Shown here: positions 28,108 through 39,800 of the stretch, in pieces | Layout of the letters: each line of letters opens with the position of its first letter | How positions within the stretch are numbered: position 1 is the stretch's first letter | Origin: a virus | Lineage: Duplodnaviria; Caudoviricetes | Length of the DNA stretch: 60,761 bases | IMG/VR virus record: IMGVR_UViG_3300009514_000027 | Location: 1 to 60,761 of that record | Reading direction: 5' to 3' (one strand) | Notes under the pieces: model-generated | What the model saw: only the letters and a program-made list of their open reading frames with translations | Told to the model about the DNA's origin: nothing | The model's database searches: none | Program-made: the position numbers and the translations under genes

Positions 28108-28671
28108 ATGAGAGGAGCGAGGAAAGGCAAGAGTAGGGAAATTATTAAAACTCATGTAGCATCTGACGAGATGTACAGATATTATAATAGTATCCTCGGA
28201 GATGTGGAAAAAAAGAATGGGTTTAAAGTTCCTAAAAGGACTTATACTAAGATACTAAAAGAGTTTAATAAATGGATATCCAACAAGATAATCTATAACC
28301 CTAAAGGGGTGGTTCTTCCTTATAAACTTGGAAGATTGCAGATTATGAAGTACAAGACTCCTCTTATTATCAAGAAGGATGGTACCCTTTTTAAAAAGCA
28401 TATCCCTGTAAACTGGAACGAAACTCTTGCTTTGTGGGATAGGGACGAAGACGCTAAAAATAAAAAAATGCTTGTAAGACAATTAAATGACCATACTGAC
28501 GGTTATACATATGAATGGAAATGGAATAAGTCGTGTAGTAATGTAACCAATCATAAGGTGTATTTTTTTAAACCTACAAGGACTAATAAACTTCTTTTAA
28601 AGAAAGAACTTACGAAAGAAGAGATAGAAGTAGACTATTATGAACTAATTAAATACAAGAAACAATGTTAA
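28108..28671 (+). CDS. IHF-like basic protein
   Basis: 187 aa, very basic, VVLPYKLGRLQI, immediately before the tail tubular gene as in crAss-like phages. Confidence 0.6.
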   Translation: MRGARKGKSREIIKTHVASDEMYRYYNSILGDVEKKNGFKVPKRTYTKILKEFNKWISNKIIYNPKGVVLPYKLGRLQIMKYKTPLIIKKDGTLFKKHIPVNWNETLALWDRDEDAKNKKMLVRQLNDHTDGYTYEWKWNKSCSNVTNHKVYFFKPTRTNKLLLKKELTKEEIEVDYYELIKYKKQC

Positions 28672-29540
28672 CTGGTAAATATACTAGTGTGAAGCGCATC
28701 CTTGAAGATGTGTACAGGGATAATGGTTACACACAAGAACTTAATTGGAATGACTGTCTTGAGTGGATAGGATATGCTATGGACCTTATAGGAGTTCCTA
28801 TGTCATATCTGGATAAGATAGGCTGTATAAACATAGTAGATTACAAGGGAACACTTCCTTGTGACCTTCACTTAATTGTACAGACAAGAGATAAGGACAG
28901 TAAGGAACCTATGTTATATGCCTCTGATACTTTTCATACAGGGTACCATTGTCTGAACTCTACAGACCTTACAGTTAATTGTACAAACAATAATTGTCAA
29001 GCAAATGCCGTAGATGCTGTACCTTCTACAGATGACGATGACAACACTAACTGTAACCCATTCTTCAACTCTAATCCTAATCTTACTACTAATACATCAG
29101 TTGCTGCAGGAAGTGCTCCAGCAAGTGCTGCATCAGTTTCTGACCAGATAACGTACTCATTAAACAACAACTATATTTTTACCTCATTTGCTTCAGGAAC
29201 TGTGGAAATGGCTTATAAGGCTTTCCCTACCTCAGAAGAAGGATATCCTCTTATACCTGATGATACTAAGTATATCAGGGCAGTAGTCTCTTATCTGACT
29301 ATGAAGATAGATTATAAACTTTGGAGACAGAATAAACTTGAAGAAAAAGTTTATGCAAGAAGTGAGCAGGAATGGTATTTTAATGTAGGAGCTGCTAAGA
29401 CAGGAGCTACAATACCAAGTCTCGACCAAATGGAAAGTTTGAAAAATTCGTGGCTCAGAAGCATACCAAAAATAAATCAGCATTCCAGTTCCTTCAATCT
29501 TTTGAATAACCCAGAGACAAGATATACTAAAAATAGTTAA
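28665..29540 (+). CDS. tail tubular/ring protein (P22 gp4-like)
   Basis: 291 aa, YIFTSF..G.V.MAYKAFP..EEGYPLIPD motif, synteny. Confidence 0.7.
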   Translation: MLTGKYTSVKRILEDVYRDNGYTQELNWNDCLEWIGYAMDLIGVPMSYLDKIGCINIVDYKGTLPCDLHLIVQTRDKDSKEPMLYASDTFHTGYHCLNSTDLTVNCTNNNCQANAVDAVPSTDDDDNTNCNPFFNSNPNLTTNTSVAAGSAPASAASVSDQITYSLNNNYIFTSFASGTVEMAYKAFPTSEEGYPLIPDDTKYIRAVVSYLTMKIDYKLWRQNKLEEKVYARSEQEWYFNVGAAKTGATIPSLDQMESLKNSWLRSIPKINQHSSSFNLLNNPETRYTKNS

Positions 29541-29545
29541 TAATC

Positions 29546-32500
29546 ATGGACGGATTTCACACTTCCTCGTTTTTAAAAGGGCTTAATCAGGACGTAGCAA
29601 AACCACGTGCCTCAGCAGAAAGTTATACTGATGCTTCAGATATTCGTGTTGTTACTGAAAAAGGCAGTAGTACAGGGTCTGTTGAGAATATACTTGGTAA
29701 CAAGTTGTTTTTTGAGATACCAAGTGTAAGCGCTGCATACTTGATAGAAAATCCAACTTTTCCTTTTCAGGCTACAAGACCTGGAGCCGATGATTATGTG
29801 GATATAACTTCCTGGACTATGACTACTACAGTTACTCTAACAAGTTCTGCTGGGATTTCTGTAACAGTACAGTTAGTAAATACTTCTACCCAAGAGGGAA
29901 GTACTTCTATTGTAGATTTAGCAACTATTATAAAAGATGCTATAAGCAATAACGCAATTCTTACAGCAAACGGAGTTACGGTAGGAGTAACAAGTGGGTC
30001 TATCAAGGTATACAGTAATAGTGGATTACTTACATCAATTACGTCTATTATTTCTTTTACCTCTACTCCTATAGTTGCTAACGTAACAATTCCTATAAGT
30101 GTACACGTACCTCAACAAGACGCTCTTATAGTAATAGGGTGGGGAGTATTAAGAGATACTATTGTGCTCTTTACAACTAACGATACAACAGATGACGGTG
30201 GATACGGGCAAATATGGAGTTTAGTCTACGACCCTGCTAACTTAGATACCTATGCTTCTGCAGTACTGACTTTGTTATACAATGAGAATATAGGATTTAC
30301 AACTAAACACCTTATAGAGTCTCCTTGTGTATGCAGGTATGAAACTACAGATATACAAAGGATATACTGGACAGACAATCACAATGATGTAAGAAGTTTT
30401 AATATAGCAGATGATGAAAGTATGTTTATTGATGAGTCTCTTTTGAATTTGGAAGCTTCTGTAAGTTTTAGTAAACCTATTGTAAAGGAAGTGTTGTCAG
30501 GAGGAAATCTAAAGGCGGCATATTATCAATATGCTTATAGGCTTAAAGGTACTAACGGAGAACTTACAAAGTTTTCTATTCCAAGTAATACTGTGCATGT
30601 ATTCCCAGAATCAGAAACTACTGGGCTATATCAAGAATATTCTTTAGATTTTGCGTGGACAACAAATACGCACAAGATTGTAAAAGTAGAAATTTCTGAT
30701 ATAGACGCAGACTATGATACTATAGAAGTAGTAAGTATTCTTTTAGACGGGCTTAGTGGTACTCCTACCGTATCTATTATAAAAGAACTTTCTATTCCTG
30801 AGAACAGGGTAGTAACTATTTCTCATACAGGTAGTGAAGATAACATTCCTTTAACTCTTGAAGAGTACTCTATAGCAAGTTTTGGATTTTCAAAATGTAA
30901 GACTTTGGCTTCAAAAGATAACAGACTTATTGCTGGTAATGTTACTGGGTATAAGTTTCACAATAAAAGGTTTAATGCGAGAGCTTATAGATATAGAAAT
31001 TATAATGGGGTTATAGATACTTATGTAGCAGACGGGACTTTAACAGGCGCAAACGCTGTAGACCCTATAAATGATACTTCTATCTCTACTGCAAACTTAG
31101 ATGCTGTAAATCCTTTTAATAATGCTTCTATTGACCTTATAGCTGCTAATCAGTACAAATACTGGGCTGACGGAACTACTTTAGGAGGAGAAGGTCCTAA
31201 TGTGAGTTATAGGTTCATAACAGAAGAATTACAAGGAGACAAGTATACTGAAGCTGCGTATACTTCTGCTCAACCAGTTACTGCCCCTTTTGTAGATAAA
31301 GTACGGAGTAGTAAAACTATGAGTGTGGGAGGGCAAGACCATCCTCATGTAAATACGTGGTATGATTTTAAGTCTCCTTACGCAGAAGGAACTGTTAAGG
31401 GGTATATGAGAGGAGAAGTGTATAGATTTGCAATAGTGCTTTTTGACACTAAAGGAAAGGCTGGATTTGCAGAGTGGATAGGAGACATTAAATTTCCAGA
31501 GCATTATGACAGCTCTAACCCCTGGTTAGAGGGAGACTATATTTTTGCTACTAACTATGATACAACCACAAGTTCAAGGTTGCAACAAAAATTATATTCA
31601 TTAGGTATAGAATTTTCAGTTAAGAATTTACCTACTGGAATTTCAGGATATTCGATTGTAAGAATGCCAAGAGGTAATGCTGATAAGACAAGACTTGGAA
31701 CTGGAGTGCTAAATAGGTTTGTTTTATATAAGGCTCATACTTCTTCTTTTGCGAGTAACTTTTTTGACCCCTCCTTTCAGGAACTGTCAGAGAGTAGTTT
31801 TTGGAACATAAGAGAAACCGATTATTCTGAAACAGTTCAAAATTATTCTGCTGGAACTGACGGTCCACTTGCGGAAAAAAGATTTTATAGTCTTGATAGT
31901 CCCGACTTTCAGCTTATAGGCAGCCCTTCTTTTGTTGCGGGGGATAAAATCAGGATAGTAGGAGAGATAAGAGATTTAGTAGATAATCAGATAACTTATA
32001 CCTTACCTGCTAGGGAAGTCAAAGTACAAAGATTCACTACAGCTGCTACTCCCTATTCTTTTTTAGAAAAGGATATAGTAGATAGTATGCCTATAGGGGA
32101 AGGAGAAAAAGTAACTTTTCAAAATATAAAGTTTATAAACTCTACTTTATACTTAACAGGCGCAGCACCTACTAACACTCTTTTTTATGACAGGTCTTCA
32201 AAAAGTTTAATACTACATTTTCAACCTTTTGATCTTAATGATTATGTTTCTGGAGTGGGTAAGCATGTAAAAGCGTTAGCAAGTTATATAAGACCTTTAC
32301 AAGAGCAGTATGGCGGGGCAACACAAGTTGCAAGAAGTCAAAATAGTTATGTGTATTGTGGGCATTTTGTACGCATAGACGACCATCAGGATAGTCAATA
32401 TGTCAAAGTATTTGGAGGAGATACTTATGTTACTATGTATGATTATACTAAGTATCAAACTAGTGCAGGCTTAAACTCTCAGGGAATAGGAATGATTTTT

Positions 32501-33772
32501 CCTACAGAAACAACTATAAACACAGATTTAACAAGTGGAAAACACTTTGCTGCAAAAACTACAGCAGAGTTAGAAACAGAATTGTTTGACGTAGGAAGAG
32601 ACTATACAGGAGTGTCTCTTGAGGGAAATGGACTACAGACAGCTATTACCTTTTTTGCAGAGCCTTTTAATAAAAACTTTGTTGAGGAGTTTGATAATGA
32701 GGTATGGATATCCGAACACAAGATAAACGGGGAAGACGTAGACCAATGGAGGTCATTCTTAGACCTTAATGCTTTGCCAGTAGAAGGTATCTATGGACCT
32801 ATCAATAAGCTACAGGTTCTCAAAGACCAAGTATATTTTATACAGGATAAAGCATTTGGAAGACTTGTAATCAATCCAAGAGTTACAGTACCGTCTACAG
32901 AAGTAACCTTCTTACAGATAGGTACGGGGGGAGTACTTGATGACTATGAATATATCTCTACAGAGTATGGAAGTAAGCACCAGTCTGGTATTACTGCTTC
33001 TGACAGCTCTATATTCTTCTTTGACGTTATAAGAAAGAAGTTCTTACAGTATACACCCTCAAGTGGTATAAGCCCGCTATCAGAGATAAAAGGACTATCT
33101 TCATTCTTTAGTAATAACTTTACTGGGGGAATACAAACTAATGACAACACCATAGATACAAGTATCACTATGGGAGTAACAGCTACGTATGACTATAGAT
33201 TCTACGAAGCACTGTTTACCTTCTTTGATACTAAAGATTCTATAGCTTCTGCCTATACAGTAGCCTATAATGAGTTATTAGGGGCTTTTACTTCGTTCTA
33301 CAGCTTTACACCCTCAATGTATATCAATGATAAGCGACTGATATTATCGCCCAGCACAAGCGTTCCTACGCAGTTTTACAGGCATAACGCAGGGGAGTAT
33401 GGTGTATTCTATGATGGAACTCCTGTAGAATCGTTTATACAGGTATTGGCTAATAAAGACCCTCACGTAACTAAAGCCTTTACAAACATAGACTTTATGT
33501 CTGAGTGTTATGATTCTTCAGATGCAGACGTTATGGACGAGACAGTAGACTCTCTTAACATCTATAACGAGTATCAGAACACAGGTTTTATAACTCTCAC
33601 ACCTCCTAACAATGTACGTAAATTGTTCAGAACGTGGAGGATAGCTGTTCCCAGAGATACTCAAGGAGCAAGGATAAGAGGTCCTTATTGTAATATAGAA
33701 TTAGGGATAAGTAATGCTAATAATCGTAGATTTATTTTACACAATGTTAATACGTACTACCTGTATAGTTAA
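29546..33772 (+). CDS. tail stabilisation/muzzle protein (P22 gp10-like)
   Basis: 1408 aa, F.KGLNQD start, IYWTD..N..R..N, GYMRGEVYRFAIV, FGGDTYV, FTSFYSF.P. Confidence 0.8.
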   Translation: MDGFHTSSFLKGLNQDVAKPRASAESYTDASDIRVVTEKGSSTGSVENILGNKLFFEIPSVSAAYLIENPTFPFQATRPGADDYVDITSWTMTTTVTLTSSAGISVTVQLVNTSTQEGSTSIVDLATIIKDAISNNAILTANGVTVGVTSGSIKVYSNSGLLTSITSIISFTSTPIVANVTIPISVHVPQQDALIVIGWGVLRDTIVLFTTNDTTDDGGYGQIWSLVYDPANLDTYASAVLTLLYNENIGFTTKHLIESPCVCRYETTDIQRIYWTDNHNDVRSFNIADDESMFIDESLLNLEASVSFSKPIVKEVLSGGNLKAAYYQYAYRLKGTNGELTKFSIPSNTVHVFPESETTGLYQEYSLDFAWTTNTHKIVKVEISDIDADYDTIEVVSILLDGLSGTPTVSIIKELSIPENRVVTISHTGSEDNIPLTLEEYSIASFGFSKCKTLASKDNRLIAGNVTGYKFHNKRFNARAYRYRNYNGVIDTYVADGTLTGANAVDPINDTSISTANLDAVNPFNNASIDLIAANQYKYWADGTTLGGEGPNVSYRFITEELQGDKYTEAAYTSAQPVTAPFVDKVRSSKTMSVGGQDHPHVNTWYDFKSPYAEGTVKGYMRGEVYRFAIVLFDTKGKAGFAEWIGDIKFPEHYDSSNPWLEGDYIFATNYDTTTSSRLQQKLYSLGIEFSVKNLPTGISGYSIVRMPRGNADKTRLGTGVLNRFVLYKAHTSSFASNFFDPSFQELSESSFWNIRETDYSETVQNYSAGTDGPLAEKRFYSLDSPDFQLIGSPSFVAGDKIRIVGEIRDLVDNQITYTLPAREVKVQRFTTAATPYSFLEKDIVDSMPIGEGEKVTFQNIKFINSTLYLTGAAPTNTLFYDRSSKSLILHFQPFDLNDYVSGVGKHVKALASYIRPLQEQYGGATQVARSQNSYVYCGHFVRIDDHQDSQYVKVFGGDTYVTMYDYTKYQTSAGLNSQGIGMIFPTETTINTDLTSGKHFAAKTTAELETELFDVGRDYTGVSLEGNGLQTAITFFAEPFNKNFVEEFDNEVWISEHKINGEDVDQWRSFLDLNALPVEGIYGPINKLQVLKDQVYFIQDKAFGRLVINPRVTVPSTEVTFLQIGTGGVLDDYEYISTEYGSKHQSGITASDSSIFFFDVIRKKFLQYTPSSGISPLSEIKGLSSFFSNNFTGGIQTNDNTIDTSITMGVTATYDYRFYEALFTFFDTKDSIASAYTVAYNELLGAFTSFYSFTPSMYINDKRLILSPSTSVPTQFYRHNAGEYGVFYDGTPVESFIQVLANKDPHVTKAFTNIDFMSECYDSSDADVMDETVDSLNIYNEYQNTGFITLTPPNNVRKLFRTWRIAVPRDTQGARIRGPYCNIELGISNANNRRFILHNVNTYYLYS

Positions 33773-33811
33773 TACGTTAGTAGTTGTAACCCAGAAAATT
33801 ACAACATATCT

Positions 33812-33843
33812 TTTGGAAATTTAGAAAAAAGGTAGTACCTTTG
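33812..33843 (+). promoter_or_regulatory. Bacteroidota sigmaA-type promoter for cargo genes
   Basis: TTTG (33812-33815) + 20 nt + TACCTTTG (33836-33843), preceded by the inverted repeat GTTGTAA-N9-TTACAAC. Confidence 0.8.
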
Positions 33844-33855
33844 CACTTTTACATT

Positions 33856-35610
33856 ATGAAGAAGAAAAGAGTATATAAATACAAACAAGGTGGACCAATT
33901 AAACAAGGAGAACCTCAACACTCTTGGAATACTGGTAATGAAACTCCTTTAATGTTACAGAAACCTGAATTATATAATACTACTGCACAAAGAGCAAAAG
34001 AGAAATATAATCCAGAAGGATACACTACTGGATTATCTGAACTTGGGTATAGTATTGGGAAAAAATCTGCTGGTTCTTATGGTCCTTATTTAGTAAACAA
34101 TTTACCAAGATTGTTTGGAGAAGAAAGGTTAGACGAAGAACATAAATCTGCACTTGCAGTTTATTTTGGACTTCCTCAAGAAAAGGAAATATTTACTAAA
34201 TCTTCTTATAAACCAACAAGGTCATCTAAAAACAATAATGAGTACTATTCTTTTAATGACAAAACGTGGACAAATGCCATTGATGATTTTATAAAAAACG
34301 AAAAAACTAAAGTAAAACGTACCCAAGCTCCTTTGGGGCAATTTACACTTGAAAAAGGAAAAGACACAAAAGGAAATTATGTTTCTTACTATGATAAATG
34401 GGATTTACACCCTGGATTTTTAAAAGGAAAAGAAGTATCAGATGTGTATCCTGCTGGTAAACCTTTTGAAGTTTATGATAGAATATACTATGACCCAAAG
34501 ACAGGTAAAAGAATAGAAAAGAAAAAATACGGGGGACAAATAAACAACAATATGAGAAAATACAAAGGTGGAGGACCTACTCCTAAAAAGAAAACTAAGG
34601 AGGAACTTAAAGCTGAAGCGTTAAATGCTGACTACTTTAGAAAATCTTCTGGATATGCAGGAGAAAGTCTCTTTGACCTATCTCCGGCAGAACTTGCTTT
34701 GTATACTATGCCGGTAGGCAGAGTTGTAAAAGGGGCGTATGACCTAGCTAAACCTTTTGCTGCTAAATATATCACAGAGGAGGCAATGTCTAAGGCAGGC
34801 ATTAAAGCATATGACTGGATAAATAGTATAGGTAAGAAGACTCCAAAAAAGACTTCTCAAACACACACACTTTCTACAGATGGTACAAAGAGGGCAGTTA
34901 AAGCATCTTTGGAAAACGAGAATGTTACAGACTTATATCCAGGATACGCACCAGGTTCTCAAGGAACAATGGGAGCAAGTCCTTTAAAAGCGGCACAAGA
35001 GATGCCTATGTACAATAAGAAGTTTGATATTTATGGAATGTTTGATGATAATAACTTTCCTTATACTCCTCCTATGAATAAATATGGAGGAAGAGTTCCT
35101 AAGTATAGTACAGGAGGACAAGTATTAGCAGCACTTCCAGGAGCTCTTACGTTGGGAGCAGGCATTGCTCTTACAGCTACAGGAGCTGGCGCAGGAGTTG
35201 GGGTGCCTATGATGGTAAGTGGAACAACTTCAGGCATTAAAGGGGTTATGGATTATAACACACAGCAAGACGCTTTAACACAACAAGAGGCTATGCAGAA
35301 AGAACAACAAGACCAATTAGCAGCATACAATAGTGCTATGAATCCTGTTGCTCCCACTACTCCAGCGAGAGACCCTTATGGAGTACAGTATGGAAAGTAT
35401 GGAGGTCAGGTGTCTCCACAATATCTTGCAGAAGGCGGAGAAGTTGTAGACGGGCAAGGGGCATCAACCTTTGCACCAAATTCAGGAGTTGGGCAGAATG
35501 GAAGAATATATGGAGATTCTCACGAAGCTCCTTCAGGTGGAGTACCTATGGCAGGTGGGGAAAGAATATTCACTAAATCATTGAAAGCTAGTAAAAGATG
35601 GCAAAGTTAA
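33856..35610 (+). CDS. virion cargo (ejection) protein with repeated K/R-Y-(xx)-GG motifs
   Basis: The track start (TTG 33841) overlaps the promoter -7 box, so the ATG at 33856 is more plausible. Hydrophobic Gly/Ala segment and GDSHE..SGGV motif. Confidence 0.7.
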   Translation: MKKKRVYKYKQGGPIKQGEPQHSWNTGNETPLMLQKPELYNTTAQRAKEKYNPEGYTTGLSELGYSIGKKSAGSYGPYLVNNLPRLFGEERLDEEHKSALAVYFGLPQEKEIFTKSSYKPTRSSKNNNEYYSFNDKTWTNAIDDFIKNEKTKVKRTQAPLGQFTLEKGKDTKGNYVSYYDKWDLHPGFLKGKEVSDVYPAGKPFEVYDRIYYDPKTGKRIEKKKYGGQINNNMRKYKGGGPTPKKKTKEELKAEALNADYFRKSSGYAGESLFDLSPAELALYTMPVGRVVKGAYDLAKPFAAKYITEEAMSKAGIKAYDWINSIGKKTPKKTSQTHTLSTDGTKRAVKASLENENVTDLYPGYAPGSQGTMGASPLKAAQEMPMYNKKFDIYGMFDDNNFPYTPPMNKYGGRVPKYSTGGQVLAALPGALTLGAGIALTATGAGAGVGVPMMVSGTTSGIKGVMDYNTQQDALTQQEAMQKEQQDQLAAYNSAMNPVAPTTPARDPYGVQYGKYGGQVSPQYLAEGGEVVDGQGASTFAPNSGVGQNGRIYGDSHEAPSGGVPMAGGERIFTKSLKASKRWQS

Positions 35611-36866
35611 AATCATATGCAGATGTAGCTGCAGTTATACAAGGAAAGATAGCAAAGTTTAAAGATAAACTTGCTAAAACTTCTGACCCTATCTCTACCA
35701 CTTCTATAAAGAAGATGGTAGGAAAGTTAGAAGGTAAACTTGACGAACTCTTTCAAGAGCAAGAACAAGTAGCAACTGCTAAAGGTCTTAGAGGAAATCC
35801 TCAAGAACAAGGTATGCCTATGCAAGGAGGTATGGGACAAGAGATGCCTATGGGAAGATATGGCGGTAAGATACCTATGTATCAAACTGGTGGAGGAACA
35901 CCTTATGCAGAAGGTTATAATCCAAATCCTTTGTTTAATGACCAAGGACAATCGTGGGGATATATTGATACAATACCTTCTATACAGCAACCTTTAAACG
36001 AATATTCCAATCTAAATAAAATACCTGTGCAGTATGGTAAAACTCCTACATTTACTCCTTCTATGGGAACTAATACTGCACAAAGATATAATAGTGGAGA
36101 GGGTGCTTTTATGAGTAGACTTCCTAATCAAGACGTTCCTATAGACCAAAATGCTCCAGGATATCAGGAAGCTACCTTGCAAAATTCTCTTTATGGACCT
36201 CCCCATGAAACTCCCTCCAGTGGAATTCCTGATAACAACTACGCTATGGACTATCTTCCAGGAGCTATTGCAGGGGGAGTTAGTGGATTGTATGACATAG
36301 GTATGGGAATAAACTCTTTAAGAAATCCAGATAAGTTTGACTTTGGTAGAATAGATAAGGTTAACCCAAGCCTTATAAATATGGAAGGTACTAAAGCAAG
36401 AGGTACAAGAGCTATAGAAGAAGAAAGAGCTGCTGCTAATTACAATATTAGAGGCGGAGCTTCTTCTGCTGGACAATATCTATCTTCAAGAACTGCTCTT
36501 GGAGTAGGAGCAGGAAAAGCAAAAGCTGATTTTTTGAATAAGATAGGGGAATTTGAAGCTAATACCAATGCTGGAATAATTAATCAGAATAATCAGTTTA
36601 ATTCTGGAATAGATTCTCAGAATTTAGACCTTAAATATAAAGCAAAATTACTTGAGTTACAAGGTAAAGCAAGAAGTCAGGAGTCTATCTCCAGAGGGAT
36701 AGGACAACTTGGAACTGTTGCAGGACAATACGGCAGTAATGTAGCAAAATCTAAACAGCAAGATGAACTATTTAGTTCTTTAGGCACTAATGATTTTGAG
36801 TATGTTTATACCATAGACCCAAGAGACGGCAAAAAGAAAAGAATGTTAGTACCAAAAACAGCATAA
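35598..36866 (+). CDS. virion cargo (ejection) protein
   Basis: 422 aa, RYGG and YQTGG motifs, G/A/Q/N-rich helical C-half. Confidence 0.7.
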   Translation: MAKLKSYADVAAVIQGKIAKFKDKLAKTSDPISTTSIKKMVGKLEGKLDELFQEQEQVATAKGLRGNPQEQGMPMQGGMGQEMPMGRYGGKIPMYQTGGGTPYAEGYNPNPLFNDQGQSWGYIDTIPSIQQPLNEYSNLNKIPVQYGKTPTFTPSMGTNTAQRYNSGEGAFMSRLPNQDVPIDQNAPGYQEATLQNSLYGPPHETPSSGIPDNNYAMDYLPGAIAGGVSGLYDIGMGINSLRNPDKFDFGRIDKVNPSLINMEGTKARGTRAIEEERAAANYNIRGGASSAGQYLSSRTALGVGAGKAKADFLNKIGEFEANTNAGIINQNNQFNSGIDSQNLDLKYKAKLLELQGKARSQESISRGIGQLGTVAGQYGSNVAKSKQQDELFSSLGTNDFEYVYTIDPRDGKKKRMLVPKTA

Positions 36867-36870
36867 TATT

Positions 36871-39800
36871 ATGGCTATAAGCCCATTTTACCAAACACAA
36901 CAGTCTTCACAGTATGTAGACCAGTTTATTCCTTTACCTTTAGACTTCTATCAGGCACAGTTAGAAAGGAAACAGGAATCTTTAGATAAAGCAAAACTTA
37001 TTGCTGAAGACTCTAAAAATAAACTATTTGTACAACCAGGTCCAAGTACTACTCCGCATGCTGATAAAATAAATAGTTACTTTGGTGGAAAATCAAGCGA
37101 GATTGTTAGTGACCTTATAACTGGCAAAGACAGTCCAACTATAACTTTAGGAAAAGTTGCAAATTTACAAAAAGAGTTTCAAACTAACCCTGAAGTACAA
37201 GCGGTGGCTCTGGATAATCAGTTAACTGCAGAGGCAGGTAAACTTGTAAATAGTGAGGGATTTGATAACAATTATCAAGAGTTTTTTAACAAGCAGACGA
37301 GGACATTCAATCAAATACCTGCAGACCAACCCATTTCTAAGAATGATATTTTAACGAGGTATAATTCAGTTGCCCCTCAAAACTATAGTGAGGGTCTTAT
37401 GAAAATGGGAATGAGTGCTATAATAAGCCAAATTGATAATGCAGACCCTACTTATGGAATTCAGTATGTACCAGACCCAGTTACAGGAAAATCAGTTGCT
37501 ACTTACAAAACTACTGATGGTTCTATAAAGTATTTTACAAGAGAGTTAGCAAATGAGAAGTTGTCAGCAAATGACGAGGCATTGACACATCAGTTATATA
37601 ATTCATACGCAGGAGAGAAATGGGGAGCTTACTATAATACTCCTAACGTAAGAGGTACAAAGACAGAAAAAGGGATAGTGCCTCCAAGTGAAAAAGTGTT
37701 TAAGCAAGACATATTAGATGCAATGGAGGGGCAATATTTTGAGAACACTACTAAGGGTAAAGTAGGTGGAAGACCTGTTGGAGGTTCTTCTGGTAAAGGT
37801 ACTCATAGTAAGATAGATTTAAGAGAAGTTCCTATAACTATAAGTACTGTACACACTACCGAATCTCCAGAAGGAAAAGTAAATACAATTTATACTACCC
37901 CTGAAACTCTGCCTCCTATCTATTTTAAACATGATGAAAATGATGATGTAATATATAATGAGGACAAGACAGGACAAAAAGCCAATTATAAAGATTTTGA
38001 TGTTAATATCAAAAACTATATGGCAAACTTTGATACTTATCAGTCTATAAGTGATAATGTGTTAAGTAAACTTCCTGGATTTAGTGGACTGACAACTGCT
38101 GCAAAATCTGAAATTGCCCAACTCTTAGAAAAGAGAGGTAAGAATATTGATGAAAATGGAAACCCTATTATAGCAGAGATACCTACTGATATTCATAGTG
38201 ATTTATATAAGAAGGAAGGCATTAAAGATAAGATTCTTGAAATATACAGGAATGATTTTAAAGACAGACCCATCACTGTAAGTGAAGACCAGATAGAAAG
38301 TGATATTTTGCAGTTAAATAAAGATATTGCTGATGCAGCAGGAGCTATCCGTAAAAAAGCATCTGTGGATTTAGAAACTAAAAATGCTCTTAATGGAACA
38401 GGAGACTATAAGGGACATGGAATTCTTACTCCTGAAGAAAAAGCTTTTGAAAATCCTCTGGGAAAAGAGGCAATTCCAATACGCAAAGAGTATTATAAAA
38501 ATGCTATTAGTGATTTAGTTAATTCTTCAAATATTACAGGAGAAAGTGTTATAGATGCTATAGCTTATTTTTTTAGAGGAAGTATACCTACAATAGGTAA
38601 AGCAAATAAAGAAGATATTATAAAATTAGTAAACAGTACTACCTCATTAAATAATGGCAAATACGTAATAGACGATAAGAAAATCTCTAAAAATTTTGAA
38701 ACTATAGATGAGACCTTTAACAAGATTTTAGGAAACAATGTTTTAACACAAAAAGTATATAGTTACACAGGTTTTAACCCTTCTTATCAAAAAATCTTAC
38801 AGAATAAAAAAGATGCTGTTAGAGAAGATATATTCAATGCACAAACAACTTTACTTGAGAAGAATAAACAAATACCTGTATTTACTTATATAGAAGGAGT
38901 ATATGATCCAAGAGAAGATATAACAACACAGGAGAAAGATTCTCCTATGGCAAAGATTGAAAAGAAATTTAGAGGACTACTTATGCCATACAAAAGAGGG
39001 GTTGTAGATATGGCTGGAAAAACTAATTATGTCTATGATCAGTCCCCAATACTAAACTCAGTTAGGATAACTGACTTACAAGGAAATCTTGTAGATGTTA
39101 CTTCCGGAATAAGAGGAGTATTATCGGATGGTATTATCTTTGACGATGCTGATGGAAGATTTAAAGTTACTGGAAACTTATTAGACTCAGAGGGTAATGT
39201 TATAATGGATGATAAAACCGGCAAACCAAAGGTTGTAAAAACAGATTTCAATTCTAATGACTTTACTGATAATTTAAGAAAATCTTTAGGTGCCCCAGGA
39301 ATGGATAGAATTACAATGGGAAATTCTATAAATTCTATGATGGATGCTTATATGATTTCAGAGAATGGTAAGGCAAAATGGAAAAGCAGTACTTTTATTC
39401 CTGGAGCAGATATGACTCTTATCCGCTCTAATAGTGGAGAAAACACACAATGGAGGGCAGATTTTCATTTAGATGACGCTGTATCCAACCAACTTGTAAA
39501 TGTTGCTCCCTCCGGTTCTGAACAGAAACTAGTAACAATAAAAGATTTACTGGAACTAAATGACGAAGGTAATTATTCAAAACCTAATATTACCACTAAA
39601 ACACAACTTGGTAATGAGGTTTTTAAGTTTTATTCTATAATGAATCAGTTGTCTAAACAAATGTCTACTAAGTTATCAACAGAGAAGAATAATCTTCTTT
39701 CTCCTACAATAGAAAAACAATTAAGTAATATAGGGAGTCTTGCAACTAAGTATAAGAATCTTGGCAACATTACAGACAATGTAGGAACAGGAAAGGGAGT

